Assembly (NCBI GenBank): GCA_038087875.1
Contig: CM075994.1
Location: 3,908,001 to 3,972,000, forward strand
Source of the DNA: Malacoraja senta
Taxonomy: Eukaryota
Reading direction: 5' to 3'
Length of the DNA stretch: 64,000 bases
Within the stretch, counting starts at the first letter, position 1. Every line of letters begins with the position of its first letter. Position numbers and translations under genes: made by a program. This document shows, one piece after another, positions 25,500 to 38,649 of the stretch. The notes under the pieces are model-generated. The model did not search any database and was not told the DNA's origin. It saw only the letters and a program-made list of their open reading frames with translations.

Positions 25500-27900
25500 C
25501 AAGGAGGTATACATTTACAGCGATCTGTGGCAGTTCGATTTTTCTGCAAACAAAAGATTCATTTCATGTCACGTTATTTTCAAGACGATCGCAAGAATGC
25601 ATACAAAAACCTTGCACTGCTGTCCTCTCATATTTGGTTTGCGGATACATTTGCAAAATCCATTAGTGAGAATAATTTGTATCCGATTTCGAAAGGATTT
25701 TATAAAGAAACAGAACAGATGCTAAATGACTAAAAAGAACAGACATTTAAAGTGACACTATCACTGGGATGTTACATTATATATAATTGAGAATACATTT
25801 TTAATTGAAACGCTGAAAATCAATACTTTTGTTTTGTTAAATAATGGCGCCCTTTTTTTAGAGGTTGCTATAAACATAGACACAAAATGGTGGAGTAATC
25901 AGGCAGCATTTATGGAGATCTTCAGACTGAGATTCATGAGATTCACTAGAGGTATGAAAAGGTATGGAACAAATCAGAGCCGGCACCGATGACCAAGAAA
26001 AGGTGGAGCCCACAATGTGCTATTGTTGTCTGCTTAAAACATTGCTTTGTTGACCTAATTATTTGGCATTCCGCATGCATCATTGCTAGCCTATTTCGGC
26101 CCCTTTGTGCATTGCATATGTAGAACTGTAGCAAATAATAGCATTAACAACTAAAATATATTAACGTAAATATATTTGCGCTAAAATATAACATATTCTA
26201 TAATCCCTCAGCTGACAGTGAACTCATTGAGAAGGATACAGGTAAGATAACATCTTCTCCCGTTTCGAATAATTCTCAAGAGATGAAACAGTTCAAAGAT
26301 GGCCAAAATTCGCGGGACATATTATGGTGATTAGATGTCATTACCTTCCGTACTTGACACGATTTAATTCATTTTGCTTGCAACTTCAGTATTCATATAG
26401 TCCTTGTGGCATACAATCAAATGGCACATGGCGAGGGCGGGACTCAACTGCTTTATTAGTTGTGACCTCCGCGCAGTAATCCGGTCCAGTCCACTGTCCC
26501 AGGTGTCCGTGCAACTCTACAAATGTATTTCCTTCTCGTTGCTGGTCAGTCAACGTTCGATATAATTGAGCGCACTAATTCCAGATCTTCGCATCACGTG
26601 GCATTTTACCATGTTTCCCCTTGTGCTAATTTATCTTCCGATGTTCGAGATTTCTCGGGCGTAGATAACGCAGACTTTCGGCAATATTACGATATCATTG
26701 TTTCCTACGATCCCATACCCACACGAAAAAATAGCTGGGCAATCTGCCGTTCTATTTCTGCTATTGCTATAAATAGTTTCAGATTGCCGTTCTCTTTCGG
26801 TTATTGTCAGAAATAGTGTAGGTCGCCTTTTACTGGGAAAACTTTGATGGAAAACAGATATAAGGGTTCTAAAGCTCTGAGCAAACTATCAAAATCAGAA
26901 GCGAAATTGAGGTTGGAAGCAACGTTCATTTTTTTGCAAGCGATCTAAATGATATTTTTCCATGGGCTGGTAGTTGGAAAATGACTTATTCCACACAACT
27001 GCGAGTCAAACTCGGAAAAAGAGGCAGCGGAAGCGAATCTTCGTGATATTTCGTGGCAATATCATCGCAGAGTCCGCACCATTAACTTATTGAACGTCAA
27101 CATTGTCCTGCAAGTTAACTGACATAGTGCGTAAAGAGGTAGAACTTGGGTATGCTCTGCCTAATATTTCGCTCCCTGATCATTTCCCGCATCTACAAAG
27201 TGAATGTCCTTAAACGCCTCTTACTGAAAACTGCCTACAAAAATACTCCAGACAAAAACACAATCTTGGAAAAAGTAAACAGCCTGATTGACCACAAACT
27301 AATAATACAATACATTAATTTTCTCTAACACTGTCGAACGGTGATCGCAATCCATATCACCTGAAAAATGTTTTGCCTCCTCTATTCCGGTAGCACCACA
27401 TAAACACTTTACGCCCCCGAGCTATTAATTCCTGTGAATACTGCGATTGTTAATCCTTTTTAGTCAAATATATATCTTATGTTAATGTCTTACATCGTAC
27501 AATGTAATGTGTATTCATTCGCAATCAAATCATGATTCATACGTTTAACAATGAACAATATAATTCAACGACTGGACGGAGTGCATGGGTTCAATTGACG
27601 GCAATGGGTGAAATTGGAAATTGAACGTCAAAGAGAGAGTTAGACCTCGCTGACTGGTTCAAGAAAGTTGTAATGATCTGACAAAACATTGCGCACACCC
27701 CGTCGTCAAAGGGGCATTAATTTCAACCTCAGCGGTTTAGGTATTCCACCACATAGCTTCACAACAGAGAACTTCCTGCCAAAATGCAGTTCACTTTTAC
27801 TACTGCCATACGTTGCCAACTGTGGCAGTGCGACTGTGAACGGCACTTGCCCTTAAAGCTTTTGCCGAAACATGCCAGATATTGAAAAGGATGAACGTGT
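25500..27900 (-). pseudogene. ADAMTS20: Decayed ADAMTS20-like prodomain, metalloprotease, disintegrin-like, TSR1, Cys-rich and spacer start, nearly intron-free
   Basis: In order on the minus strand: LACFGKSF ~ (L/F)(S/T)A(F/Y)GQ.F; SVVKLCGGI (27768-27742) ~ AVVSLCGGL; FLEPV ~ FLEPI; AVFSKR ~ AVLITR; SEILGRAYPSSTS ~ C..LGL(A/S)YLGTIC; G..SA..HEI (~27050, frameshifted zinc motif, HExxH destroyed); SPW; DRRKQ* ~ D.NKQC; LHGHLGQW.....C..VES..R ~ VNGEWGPW.....C..IES..R; HCQLRDYRICYIL ~ YCQVAGTNYFYLL; MHAEC ~ MAAGC. Confidence 0.88.
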
Positions 27901-29461
27901 ACCTGTCAAGTGATATGCCATAAATAATCACAAAAACTGGAGTAACTCAGCAGGTTAGACAGCTTCTCTGGAGAAAAATAATGGGTGACGTTTCGGTTCG
28001 AGCCTTTCCTCAGACTTCCGTTGGTAAGGAATGAAATTCAGTCTCTTGCGAGGTGTGACATAGAATCAGGGGATATAGTCAGTATGGATAGAATTGAGGA
28101 ATTGTAAGGGTGAAAAGAACCTAATGTGAGTTACCTACAGGCCCCCAAATAGTAGCTTGGATTTTGGGTGCAAGTTGAATCAAGAATTAAAATTGGCATG
28201 TCACCAATGTAATCCTACGGAGGTTATGGGAGATTTCAACATGCAGGTTGACTGGGAAAATAAGGTTGGTACTGGACCCAAAGAAAGGGAGTTTGTGGAG
28301 TGCCTCCGAGATGGATTCATGGAGCAGCTTGTACTGGAGCCTTCCAGGGAGAAGACAATTCGGGATTTAGTATTGTGTAATAAACCGGACTTGATAAGGA
28401 ACTCAAGGTACAGGAGCTATTAGGAGGTAGTGACCATTAGATGATGTTTTAATCTACAATTTGTGAGGGAGAAGGGAAAATCGGAAGTGTCAGTATTAAA
28501 ATTTAGCAAAGGGGACTATGGAGGCATGAGAGAGGAGCTGGCCAAAGTTGACTGGAAAGAGATCCTAGCAGGGATGTCACTGGAACAACAATGGCAGGTA
28601 TTTTGGCAATAATACATAAGGTGCAGGATCAGTTCATTCCAATGGGAAAGAAAGATTCTAAGGGGAGTCAGAGGCGACCGTGGCTGACAAGGGAAGTCAA
28701 GGACAGTATGAAAATACAAGAGAAGAAGAAAACATGGCAAAGGTGAGCGGGAAGCCAGAGGATTTGGATATGTTTAAAGAGCAACAGAAGATAACTAACA
28801 AGACAATATGGGGAGAAATGATGAGGTACGAAGGTAAGCTAGCCAAGAATATAAAGGAGGGTACTAAAAGCTTATTTGGGTATGTGAAGAGGGAAAAAAT
28901 AGTTGAAAAAAAGTTGGTCCCTTGAAGACAGAAACAGGTGAATTTATTACGGGGAACAAGTAAATGGCAGATGAGTTGAAAAGGTACTTTGGATCCGTCT
29001 TCACTAAGGAAGACACAAACAATCTCCCAGATGTGATAGTGGCCGGAGGACCTAGGGTGACGGAGAAACAGAATGACATTTACGTTAGCCAGGAAATGGT
29101 GATGGTAGACTAATAGGACTGAGGGTTGATAAATACCCAGGGCCAGGGTGCTTAAGGAAGTGGCTCTAGAAATCGAGGACGCATTGGTGATCATTTTCCA
29201 ATGTATTTTTGAATCAGGATCAGTTCCTGTGGATTGGAGGGTAGCTATTGTCATCCCATTTTTTAAGAAAGGAGGGAGAGAGAAAACAGGGATTTATGGA
29301 CCAGTTAGCCTGACATCGGTGGTGTGGAAGATGCTGGAGTCAATCATAAAAGATGAAGTAGCGGCACATTTGAATAGCAGTAACAGGATCGGTCCGAGTC
29401 AGCATGGATTTACGAAGGGGAAATCATGCTGGACTAATCTTCTGGAATTTTATGAGGCTGT

Positions 29462-32400
29462 ATACATAGATACATAGAAAATAGGTGCAGGAGTAGGCCA
29501 TTCGGCCATTCGAGCCTGCACCGCAATTCAATATGATCATGGCTGATCATCCAACTCAGTATCCCGTACCTGCCTTCTCTCCCTACCCCCTGATCCCCTT
29601 AGCCACAAGGGCCACATCTAACTCCCTCTTAAATATAGCCAATGAATTGGCCTCAACTACCCTCTGTGGCAGAGAGTTCCAGAGATTCACCACTCCCTGT
29701 GTGAAAAGGTTTATCCTCATCTCGGTCTTAAAGGATTTCCCCCTTATCCTTAAGCTGTGACCCCTTGTCCTGGACTTCCCCAACAACTGGAACAATCTTC
29801 CTGCATCTAGCCTGTCCAACCGCATAAGAATTTTGTACGTTTCTATAAGATCCCCTCTCAACCTCCTAAATTCTAGCGAGTATAAGCCAAGTCTTTCCAG
29901 TCTTTCTTCATATGAAAGTCCTGACATCCCAGGAATCAGTCTGGTGAACCTTCTCTGCACTCCTTCTATGGCAATAATGTCCTTCCTCAGATTTGGAGAC
30001 CAAAACTGTACGCAATACTCCAGGTGTGGTCTCACCAAGACCCTGTACAACTGCAGTAGAACCTCCCTGCACCTATACTCAAATCCTTTTGCTATGAAAG
30101 CTAACATACCATTCGCTTTCTTCACTGCCTGCTGCACCTGCATGCCTACTTTCAATGACTGGTGTACCATGACACCTAGGTCTCGCTGCATCTCCCCATT
30201 TCCTAATCGGCCACCATTTAGATAATAGTCTGCTTTCCTGTTTTTGCCACCAAAGTGGATAACCTCACATTTATCCACATTATACTGCATCTGCCAAACA
30301 TTTGCCCACTCACCCAGCCTATCCAAGTCACCTTGCGGTCTCCTAGCATCCTCCTCACAGCTAACACTGCCCCCCAGCTTAGTGTCATCCGCAAACTTGG
30401 AGATGTTCCCTTCAATTCCCTCATCCAGATCATTAATATAAATTGTAAATAGCTGGGGTCCCAGCACTGAGCCTTGCGGTACCCCACTAGTCACTGCCTG
30501 CCATTGTGAAAAGGACCCGTTTACTCCTACTCTTTGCTTCCTGTTTGCCAGCCAGTTCTCTATCCACATCAATACTGAACCCCCAATACCGTGTGCTTTA
30601 AGTTTGTATACTAATCTCTTATGTGGTACCTTGTCGAAAGCCTTCTGAAAGTCCAGATACAACACATCCACTGGTTCTCCCCTATCCACTCTACTAGTTA
30701 CATCCTCGAAAAATTCTATAAGATTCGTCAGACATGATTTACCTTTCGTAAATCCATGCTGACTTTGTCCAATCATTTCACCACTTTCCAAATGTGCTGC
30801 TATCCCATCTTTAATAAGTGACTCTAGCAGTTTCCCCACTACCGATGTTAGACTAACTGGTCTGTAATTCCCCGTTTTCTCTCTCCCTCCCTTCTTAAAA
30901 AGTGGGGTTACGTTTGCTACCCTCCAATCCTCAGGAACTACTGCAGAATCTAAAGAGTTTTTAAAAATTATCACTAATCCTCAGATTCAGATTCAACTTT
31001 ATTGTCATTGTGCAGTGTACAGTACAGAGACAACGAAATGCAGTTAGCATCTCCCTAGAAGAGCGACATAAATATGAGCAGTAAATAAATAAATCTAATA
31101 AATCCTGGTGGGAGGAGTGTCCGGGGGGGGGTGTGATTGGCAGTCACCGAGGTACAGTGTTGAGTAGTGTAACCGCCGCAGGGAAGAAGCTGTTCCTTGA
31201 CCTGCTGGTCCGGCAACGGAGAGACCTGTAGCGCCTCCCGGATGGTAGGAGGGTAAACAGTCTGTGGTTGGGGTGAGAGCAGTCCTTGGCGATGTTGAGC
31301 GCCCTTCGCAGACAACGCTTGCTTTGGACAGACTCAATGGTGGGGAGTGAGGAACCGGTGATGCGTTGGGCAATTTTCACCACCCTCTGCAGTGCTTTCC
31401 GGTCGGAGACAGAGCAGTTGCCATACCATACTGTGATGCAGTTGGTAAGGATGCTCTCGATGGTGCAGCGGTAGAAGTTCACCAGAATCCGAGGAGACAG
31501 ATGGACCTTCTTTAGTCTCCTCAGGAAGAAGAGACGCTGGTGAGCCTTCTTGACCAGAGTTGAGGTATTGTTGGTCCAAGAGAGGTCATCGGAGATGTTG
31601 ACCCCCAGGAACCTGAAGCTGGAAACACGTTCCACCTCCCTCCCGTTAATGTGGATGGGGGTGTGCATGCCGCCCCTAGACTTCCTGAAGTCTACAATGA
31701 GCTCCTTGGTCTTCTTGGAGTTAAGGGCCAGGTTGTTGTCAGCGCACCATGCTGCTAGGAGCTGGACCTCCTCCCTATAGGCCGACTCATCGTTGTTGCT
31801 GATGAGGCCAATCACCGTTGTATCATCTGCATACTTGATGATGGTGTTAGTACCATGTACAGGTGTGCAGTCGTAGGTGAAGAGGGAGTAGAGGAGGGGG
31901 CTCAGCACACAGCCCTGTGGAACGCCGGTGTTCAGGGTGAGGGTTGAAGAGGTGTGCTTGTCTAACCTAACAGACTGGGGTCTGTTGGTTAGAAAGTCCA
32001 GTATCCAGTTGCAGAGGGAGGGGTCGATGCCCAGGTCACCGAGTTTGGTGATCAGTTTAGAGAGTATGATGGTGTTGAATGCTGAGCTGTAATCGATGAA
32101 CAGCATTCTTACGTAAGTGTCTCTGTTGTCGAGGTGGGAGAGGGCGGAGTGAAGTGCCGTTGAGATGGCATCCTCCGTACTCCTGTTCTTGCGGTAGGCA
32201 AACTGATAGGGATCCAACGTGGGGGGTAGGCAGCCTTTGAGGTGTGCCAGGACCAGCCTCTCGAAGCACTTGGCGATGATGGGAGTAAGTGCAACTGGGC
32301 GGAAGTCGTTGAGGCTTGCCGCAGTGGAGTGTTTTGGCACCGGCACGATGGAGGTGGATTTAAGGCACGTGGGCACAACTGCTTGGGCAAGTGACAGGTT

Positions 32401-34510
32401 GAAGATGTCAGTCCAGACGTCTGTCAGCTGCGCAGCACAGGCCCTGAGGACGCGCCCGGGGATGCCGTTGGGGCCAGCAGCCTTACGTGCATTAGTCCTA
32501 CTCAGTGCCACGTACACGTCGAAGGGGGTGAGTGAGAGGGGCTGGTGATCGGTAGGGAGCACCGCCTTGATGGCCAACTGCCGATTGTCCCTATCGAAAC
32601 GGCCATAGAAGTGGTTGAGCTCCTCAAGGAAGGAGGCGTTACTGGATGTGTGGGTGGTGTTGGTGGGTCTAAAGTCCGTGATGGCCTGGATGCCTTGCCA
32701 CATGCGTCGGGGGTCGGAGTTGTTGTTGAAGTGCTCCTCAATCCTGAGTTTATGGCAGTTTAATGCATCCACTATTTCTGGAGCTACTTCCTTAAGTACT
32801 CTGGGATGCAGCCCATCTGGCCCTGTTGATTTATCGGCCTTTAATCCATTCAATTTACCCAACACCACTTCCCGACTAACGTGGATTTCACTCAGTTCCT
32901 CCATCTCCTTTGACCCGCGGCCCCCTGCTATTTCCGGCAGATTATTTATGTCTTCCTTAGTGAAGACGGAACCAAAGTAGTTATTCAATTGGTCCGCCAT
33001 ATCCTTGTTCCCCATGATCAATTCACCTGTTTCTAACTGCAAGGGACCTACATTTGTTTTAACTAATCTCTTTCTCATCACATATCTATCAAAACTTTTG
33101 CAGTCAGTTTTTATGTTCCCTGCCAGTTTCCTTTCATAATCTATTTTCCCTTTCCTAATTAAGCCCTTTGTCATCCTCTGCTTGTCTCTGAATTTCTCCC
33201 AGTCCTCTGGTATGCTGCTTTTTCTGGCTAATTTGTACGCATCAGCTTTTGCTTTTATACTATCCCTGATTTCCCTTGTTATCCACGGATGCACTACCTT
33301 CCCTGATTTATTATTTTGCCAAACAGGGATGAACAATTATTGTAGTTCATCCATGCAGTCTTTAAATGCCTTCCATTGCATATCCACCGTCAACCCTTTT
33401 AGAACTAATTGCCAGTCAATCTTGGCCAATTCACGTCTCATACCTTCAAAGTTACCTTTCTTTAAGTTCAGAACCGTTGTTTCTGAATTAACAATGTCAC
33501 TCTCCATCCTAATGAAGAACTCAACCATATTATGGTCGCTCTTGCTCAAGGGGGCACGCACAACAAGACTGCTAACTAACCCTTCCTCATTACTCAATAC
33601 CCAGTCTAGAATAGCCTGCTCTCTCGTTGGTTCCTCTACATGTTGGTTTAGATAACTATCCCGCATACATTCCAAGAAATCCTCTTCCTCAGCACCCCTG
33701 CCAATTTGATTCACCCAATCTATATGTAGATTGAAGTCACCCATTATAACTGTTTTGCCTTTGTTGCACGCATTTCTAATTTCCTGTTTGATGCCATCCC
33801 CAACTTCACTACTACTGCTAGGTGGCCTGCACACAACACCCACCAGCGTTTTCTGCCCCTTAGTGTTTCGCAGCTCTACCCATACCGATTCCACATCCTC
33901 CAAGCTAATGTCCTTCCTTTCCACTGCGTTAATCTCCTCTCTAACCAGCAATGCTACCCCACCTCCTTTTCCTTTCTCTCTATCCCTCTTGAATATTGAA
34001 TATCCCTGGATGTTCAGCTCCCAGCCTTGGTCACCCTGGAGCCATGTCTCCGTGATCCCAACTATATCATAATCATTAATTGCTATCTGGCACGTTCAAC
34101 TCATCCACCTTATTACGAATGCTTCTTGCATTGAGACACAAAGCCTTCAGCCTTGTTTTTACAACGCTCTTACCACTTATACAATTATGTTGAAAAGTGG
34201 CCCTTTTTGGTTTTTGCCCTGGATTTGTCTGCCTGCCACTTTTACTTTTCACCTTGCTACCTATTGCTTCCGCCCGCATTTTACACCCCTCTGTTTCTCT
34301 GCTCACCCATTTAAGAACCCCACCACCTCTTATTCTCTGTTTATTATTGTTTTCTTCTTTCCCCCCTACATGTTGGGTCTGAGTGCTTTCCTTCTCTGCC
34401 TCCTGCCTCACACACTGTCTAATAGCATTCTCCATTTGAGTCCCCCCCCCCCAACCATTCTAGTTTAAAGTCTCCTCAGTAGCCTTTGCAGATCACCCCG
34501 CCAGGATAAC
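29462..34510 (-). mobile_element. Young CR1 LINE, near-complete ORF2, interrupted by Rex1
   Basis: EN ORFs 34076-34435 and 33337-33951 (LNARSI, MGDFN, SDH); intact RT ORF 29583-30974 (QHGF, YLDFQKAFD, PQGSVLGP, FADD); 3' tail at ~29462-29480. Confidence 0.96.
30981..32760 (-). mobile_element. 5'-truncated Rex1/Babar LINE with open RT
   Basis: DFRPVALT, QFAYR.NRSTEDAI, MLFIDYSSAFNTI, PQGCVLSPLLY, YADD, LLPSGRRYRS; (gaatct)n tail at 30982-30994; taat duplicated at both junctions. Confidence 0.95.
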
Positions 34511-36064
34511 TAGGAAAATGGACAATGGAGAACCAGTGGATGTAATGTACCTGGATTTACATAAAGCCTTTGATAAGGGCCCACATAGGAGATTAGTGGG
34601 CAAAATTTGAGCACATGTTATGGAGGTAGCGTACTGACATGGAAAGAATATTGGTTAGCAGACATGAAACAAAGTGTAGGGATTAACGGGTCCCTTTCAG
34701 AATGCCAGGCAGTAACTGGTGTGGTACCGCAAGGCTCGGTGCTGGGTCCGCAGCTATTTACAATATACATTAATGATTTAGAGGAAGAGATTAAAAGTAA
34801 CATTAGCAAATTGGCAGATGAAACAACGACCCGGAACTTCGAACAGCGGGTGCGGCGCGGAATTACCGTTGTAGTGTCTGGGATCTTTTGCCGAGGATCT
34901 TCAGTGTTGGAACTCCGACCACGGGGCCTGGGGACTTTGAAATCGTGAAGCAGCGGTCTCCGGTAAGAAGTTGCCGACTCGGGTGCTCCATGCCGCGGAG
35001 TGAACTGTGTGGAGCACCCGAACTGTGGCAGTGTGAACTGTGAGTATGATGCTACGAGGATGCAGGGTGACTTAAACAGGTAGGGCGAGTGGGCAGATGC
35101 ATGGCAGATGCAGTTTAATGTGGATAAATGTGAGGTTATCCACTTTGGTGACAAGAACAGGACGGCAGATTATCATCTGAATGGAGTCAAGTTAGGAAAA
35201 TGGGAAGTACAAAGAGATCTGTGTGTCCTTATTCATCAGTCACTGAAAGTAAGCATGCAGGTACAGCAGGCAGTGAAGAAATCTAATGGCATGTTGGCCT
35301 TCATAACAAGAGGAGTTGAGTAAAGGAACAAATATGTCCTTCTGCAGTAGTACACGGCCCTAGTGAGACCACACATGGAGTATTCTGTGCAGTATTGGTC
35401 TTCAAATTTGAGGAAGATTCTTGCAATAGAGGGAGTGCAGCGTAGGTTCGCGAGGTTATTTTCTGGGATGGCAGAACTGTCATATGTTGAAATAATGGAG
35501 CGACCGGGCTTATATACACTGGAAATTAGAAGGTTTAGAGGGGATCTTATTGAAACATAAAAGATTATGAAGGGATTGCTCATGGTAGTGGCAGGAAACA
35601 TATTCCCGATGTTGGGGGAGTGCAGAACCAGGGGCCACAGTTTAAGAATAAGGGATAGGCCATTTAGAACGGAGACAAGGAAACACTTTTTCACCCAGAG
35701 AGTTGTGAATCTGTGGAATTCTCTGCCTCAGAAGGCAGTGGAGACAGATTCTCTGGATGTTTTCAAGAGAGAGTTAGATAGAGTTCTTAAAGTTAGCGAA
35801 GTCCAATGGAAATGGGGATCAGGCAAGAAAGGGGTACTGATTGTGGATGATCAGACATGATCACAGTGAATGGCGGCGCTTGCTCGAAGGGCCGAATGGC
35901 CTACTCCTGTTCTTATTGTCTATTGTATGTTGTCTATTGTCTATTGTCTATTAACCCGAAACGTCACCTGTTCCTTTTCTCCAGAGATGCTGTCTGAACC
36001 GCTGGAATACTCCAGCTCTATGTCTGTCTTCCATTTAAATCAGCATCTGCAGTTCCTTCCTGCA

Positions 36065-36258
36065 TAAGAGTTGCGCCATATTTTTGTGAAGACATCCGGA
36101 AGTATGTCTGCCTGTGGAAGAACACCTGCCACACTCTCTGCACTGAGAGTATCTATGAGACTTCCGCCAATTCACATTTAAATGCAATATTCTCGTTAAT
36201 TGGGAATTTTATATTGCACCCACCTCATATCTACGTAGTTGCTGATCGTGCGAACCTT
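36065..36258 (-). pseudogene. ADAMTS20: ADAMTS20-like exon 2 start, separated from the rest by the CR1 nest
   Basis: aatttag| phase-1 acceptor then EGSHDQQLRRYEV ~ EALVRTLTSYEV. Confidence 0.5.
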
Positions 36259-36314
36259 CTAAATTATTTACTGTTGGTATATGCACGACATTAACCACGT
36301 TAGCCTTACATGTA

Positions 36315-37825
36315 ATCTGGAGGAAGGAACTGCAGATGCTGGTTCACACCGAAGATAGACTCAAAATGCCCCAGTAACCCAGTGGGACAAGCAGCATCCC
36401 CGGAGAGAAGGAATGGGTGACGCTTTGGGTCGAGACGCGTCTTCAGACTGAGAGTCAGGGGAGAGGGAAACTGGAGATATGGAAGGTTAAGGCGTGAAAA
36501 CGACAGATCAAAGCAGACGCAGCTCAAGATGTGGAATGGTTCATTGTTGGCTGAGGCGAAACTGGTAACGAGGCATACAAACAGTAAAATTAATCAGGAG
36601 GACAGTGAAACCAGTCGGAGAACCAGCGTGGTCGGGAATGAGATCAAAGGAAAGCAAGCATTACTTGAAGTTGGATTTCATCCCGCTGCGTTGTAAGCTG
36701 CCCAAGCGAAATATAATAATAATAATAATGAATTTTATTTATGGGCGCCTTATACCGAGGTCTCAAGGACACCTTACAGAGATTTATGGTTAACATATAA
36801 TCAGAATAATCAGAATTAAAAAAAAATAAGTTATAAAGGCCAATACACAAATCAGGGACAGAATTCCTTCCAAAAACACAAAAAAGAAAATCAGAAACAC
36901 AATTTGAGGAGAGAGCAGCGGCAGCGAAACCGCGCCAGCGTCCACTCTCCCCTCCGACCGCCATCTTGAACACAGACTAACAAATACAATTACAAACAAT
37001 TACAAACAAAAATCATCCCCCCACAATGATTTCCACTGTGGGGGGAGGCACAATGTCCAGTCCCCAGCCCCAGTTCAACCAAAAAGTCAGGCCAAATGAG
37101 GCCCCCGCTATTGCCTCTACGGAGGCCCGATGATCCTGGCCGTTCTCGCCGGGTGATGTAGCCCCGGCGTCGGGAGAGCTCTCCAGCAGCTGGGCCACCT
37201 GGAACGGCCGCATTCCTCACCGGAGGCCGCAACTACGGCTGGAACGGCAGATTTCCCGCAGGCGTCCGCAGCACCTGGAGCCGACAGGGCCGCGCCGATT
37301 TGGAGCCACGAGGCTCCCGATGTTGGAGTCGGCGCCGCCGCCCGCGGATGGTCGCTCCACAGTCCCGCAGCCGGGAGGTGTTGAGCTCGGCGTTCCAGCT
37401 CACCGGAGCTCCAGCGCGTCGGTCCAGCGCGGCGACCCAGGCAATGCATCGCCCGCTCCGTTGCACAATAGCGCTCTAGCGCCGTGCCGCCACCGAAGCT
37501 GAGGGTGCTGTGCGGCCCCCGTCGGGAAACGCCGCTCCACGCCGCTCCACGCCCGCTGGTAGGCCGCAAGGACGGGTCGACTGGGCAGCCGGAGAGAAGG
37601 CTGCCTCACCGACCAGGTAGGGACCAGGAAGTGGTTTCCCCTTGATTCCCCCCACATCGAAATATGAGGTGTTGTTCCTCCAATCTGCGTTTGTCCTCAC
37701 TATGACAGTGGAGCAGGCCCAGGGCAGGAAGGTCAGAATGAAAATGGGGGAATTAAAGTGTTTAGCAAACGGGAGAACGATTAGGACTTGGCGGACTGAG
37801 CGACGCTGTTCAGCGAAACGTCAGC
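36315..37825. mobile_element. Penelope-like terminal-repeat fragment interrupted by a GC-rich repeat (~36712-37635)
   Basis: ggaaggaactgcagatgctgg..cttcagactga motif recurs many times in the window; the inner repeat starts (aat)n..caaggacacc and matches 40373-40660. Confidence 0.65.
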
Positions 37826-38649
37826 CTTTTTCTGTCTTAAATGAAATGTTGCTGGAGTTTCCCATACGTCTCCCGTGTGTTTAAAACATAATACAATGTA
37901 TATTGCTACTCTGTTTTTTGCAGTATCACTATGTCCAGAATAATGTGTGTTTACGGTTTTTAAGGTTCATTGTTGCTTCATATGTTTATGTTCGTCGATA
38001 TATTAAAAGAACAAGATGAACGGGTATCATGCATTGGAAAATGTACTGAGAATAGGAATATAATTCAGGTCAAATAATTTTCAGGTCAAATATTATTCAG
38101 GTCAAAGATATTTGGAAAAAGTTTTAAATTGGTGCAATTATAACCCCACTTTTCTCAGTATAAACATTTTAATAAGTTGAATTGAAGAAAACTAATGTCA
38201 TTGCAAATTATCTGCAATGTTTAGCACGTGCTCTTACGAATGTTATTTTATTTTGTGTTTATCAGCGATTAAGAAGCTAAATGTGTTTTTGGAACAAGCT
38301 GGTAAGGTCTTCTTTAATACTCTAGCGTGCATTGAATAACTGCGCGGAAAAAAAACCCTTTTTCTTCCCGCAATTTATCCCCAATCGTTCCAGCTCACCA
38401 GTCGATTATATCTTTCTTTTTTGAACATATTATCCTCGTTACGTTTTTACTAATTGTATTTACCATTAAAAAAAACTTTGATAGATTGTCAAATAATATA
38501 GAATTTAAGTTCAATTTCACGTATTTGTATTAGAAAATCTAATGCGAAAATCACTCACGATACTTCCTACAAAGCGATTCGTGTAACTAATTTTGCGCTT
38601 GGCATGTCATTTTATGGCGTTCAGTAATTAACAAATAATGTTCTCTTAA

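Larger units (their letters stand above)
28020..35900 (+). mobile_element. Older CR1 LINE (28020-29460 and 34510-35900) split by a younger CR1
   Basis: Degraded EN (MGDFN) and RT; reading continues across the insertion (..NLLEFYEAV | TRKMDNGEPVDV..); 3' tail (tattgtc)n near 35915-35950. Confidence 0.9.

Noticed and set aside
24203..25733. Long ORFs of 218-495 aa
   Set aside because: Translation of CT-rich low-complexity DNA.
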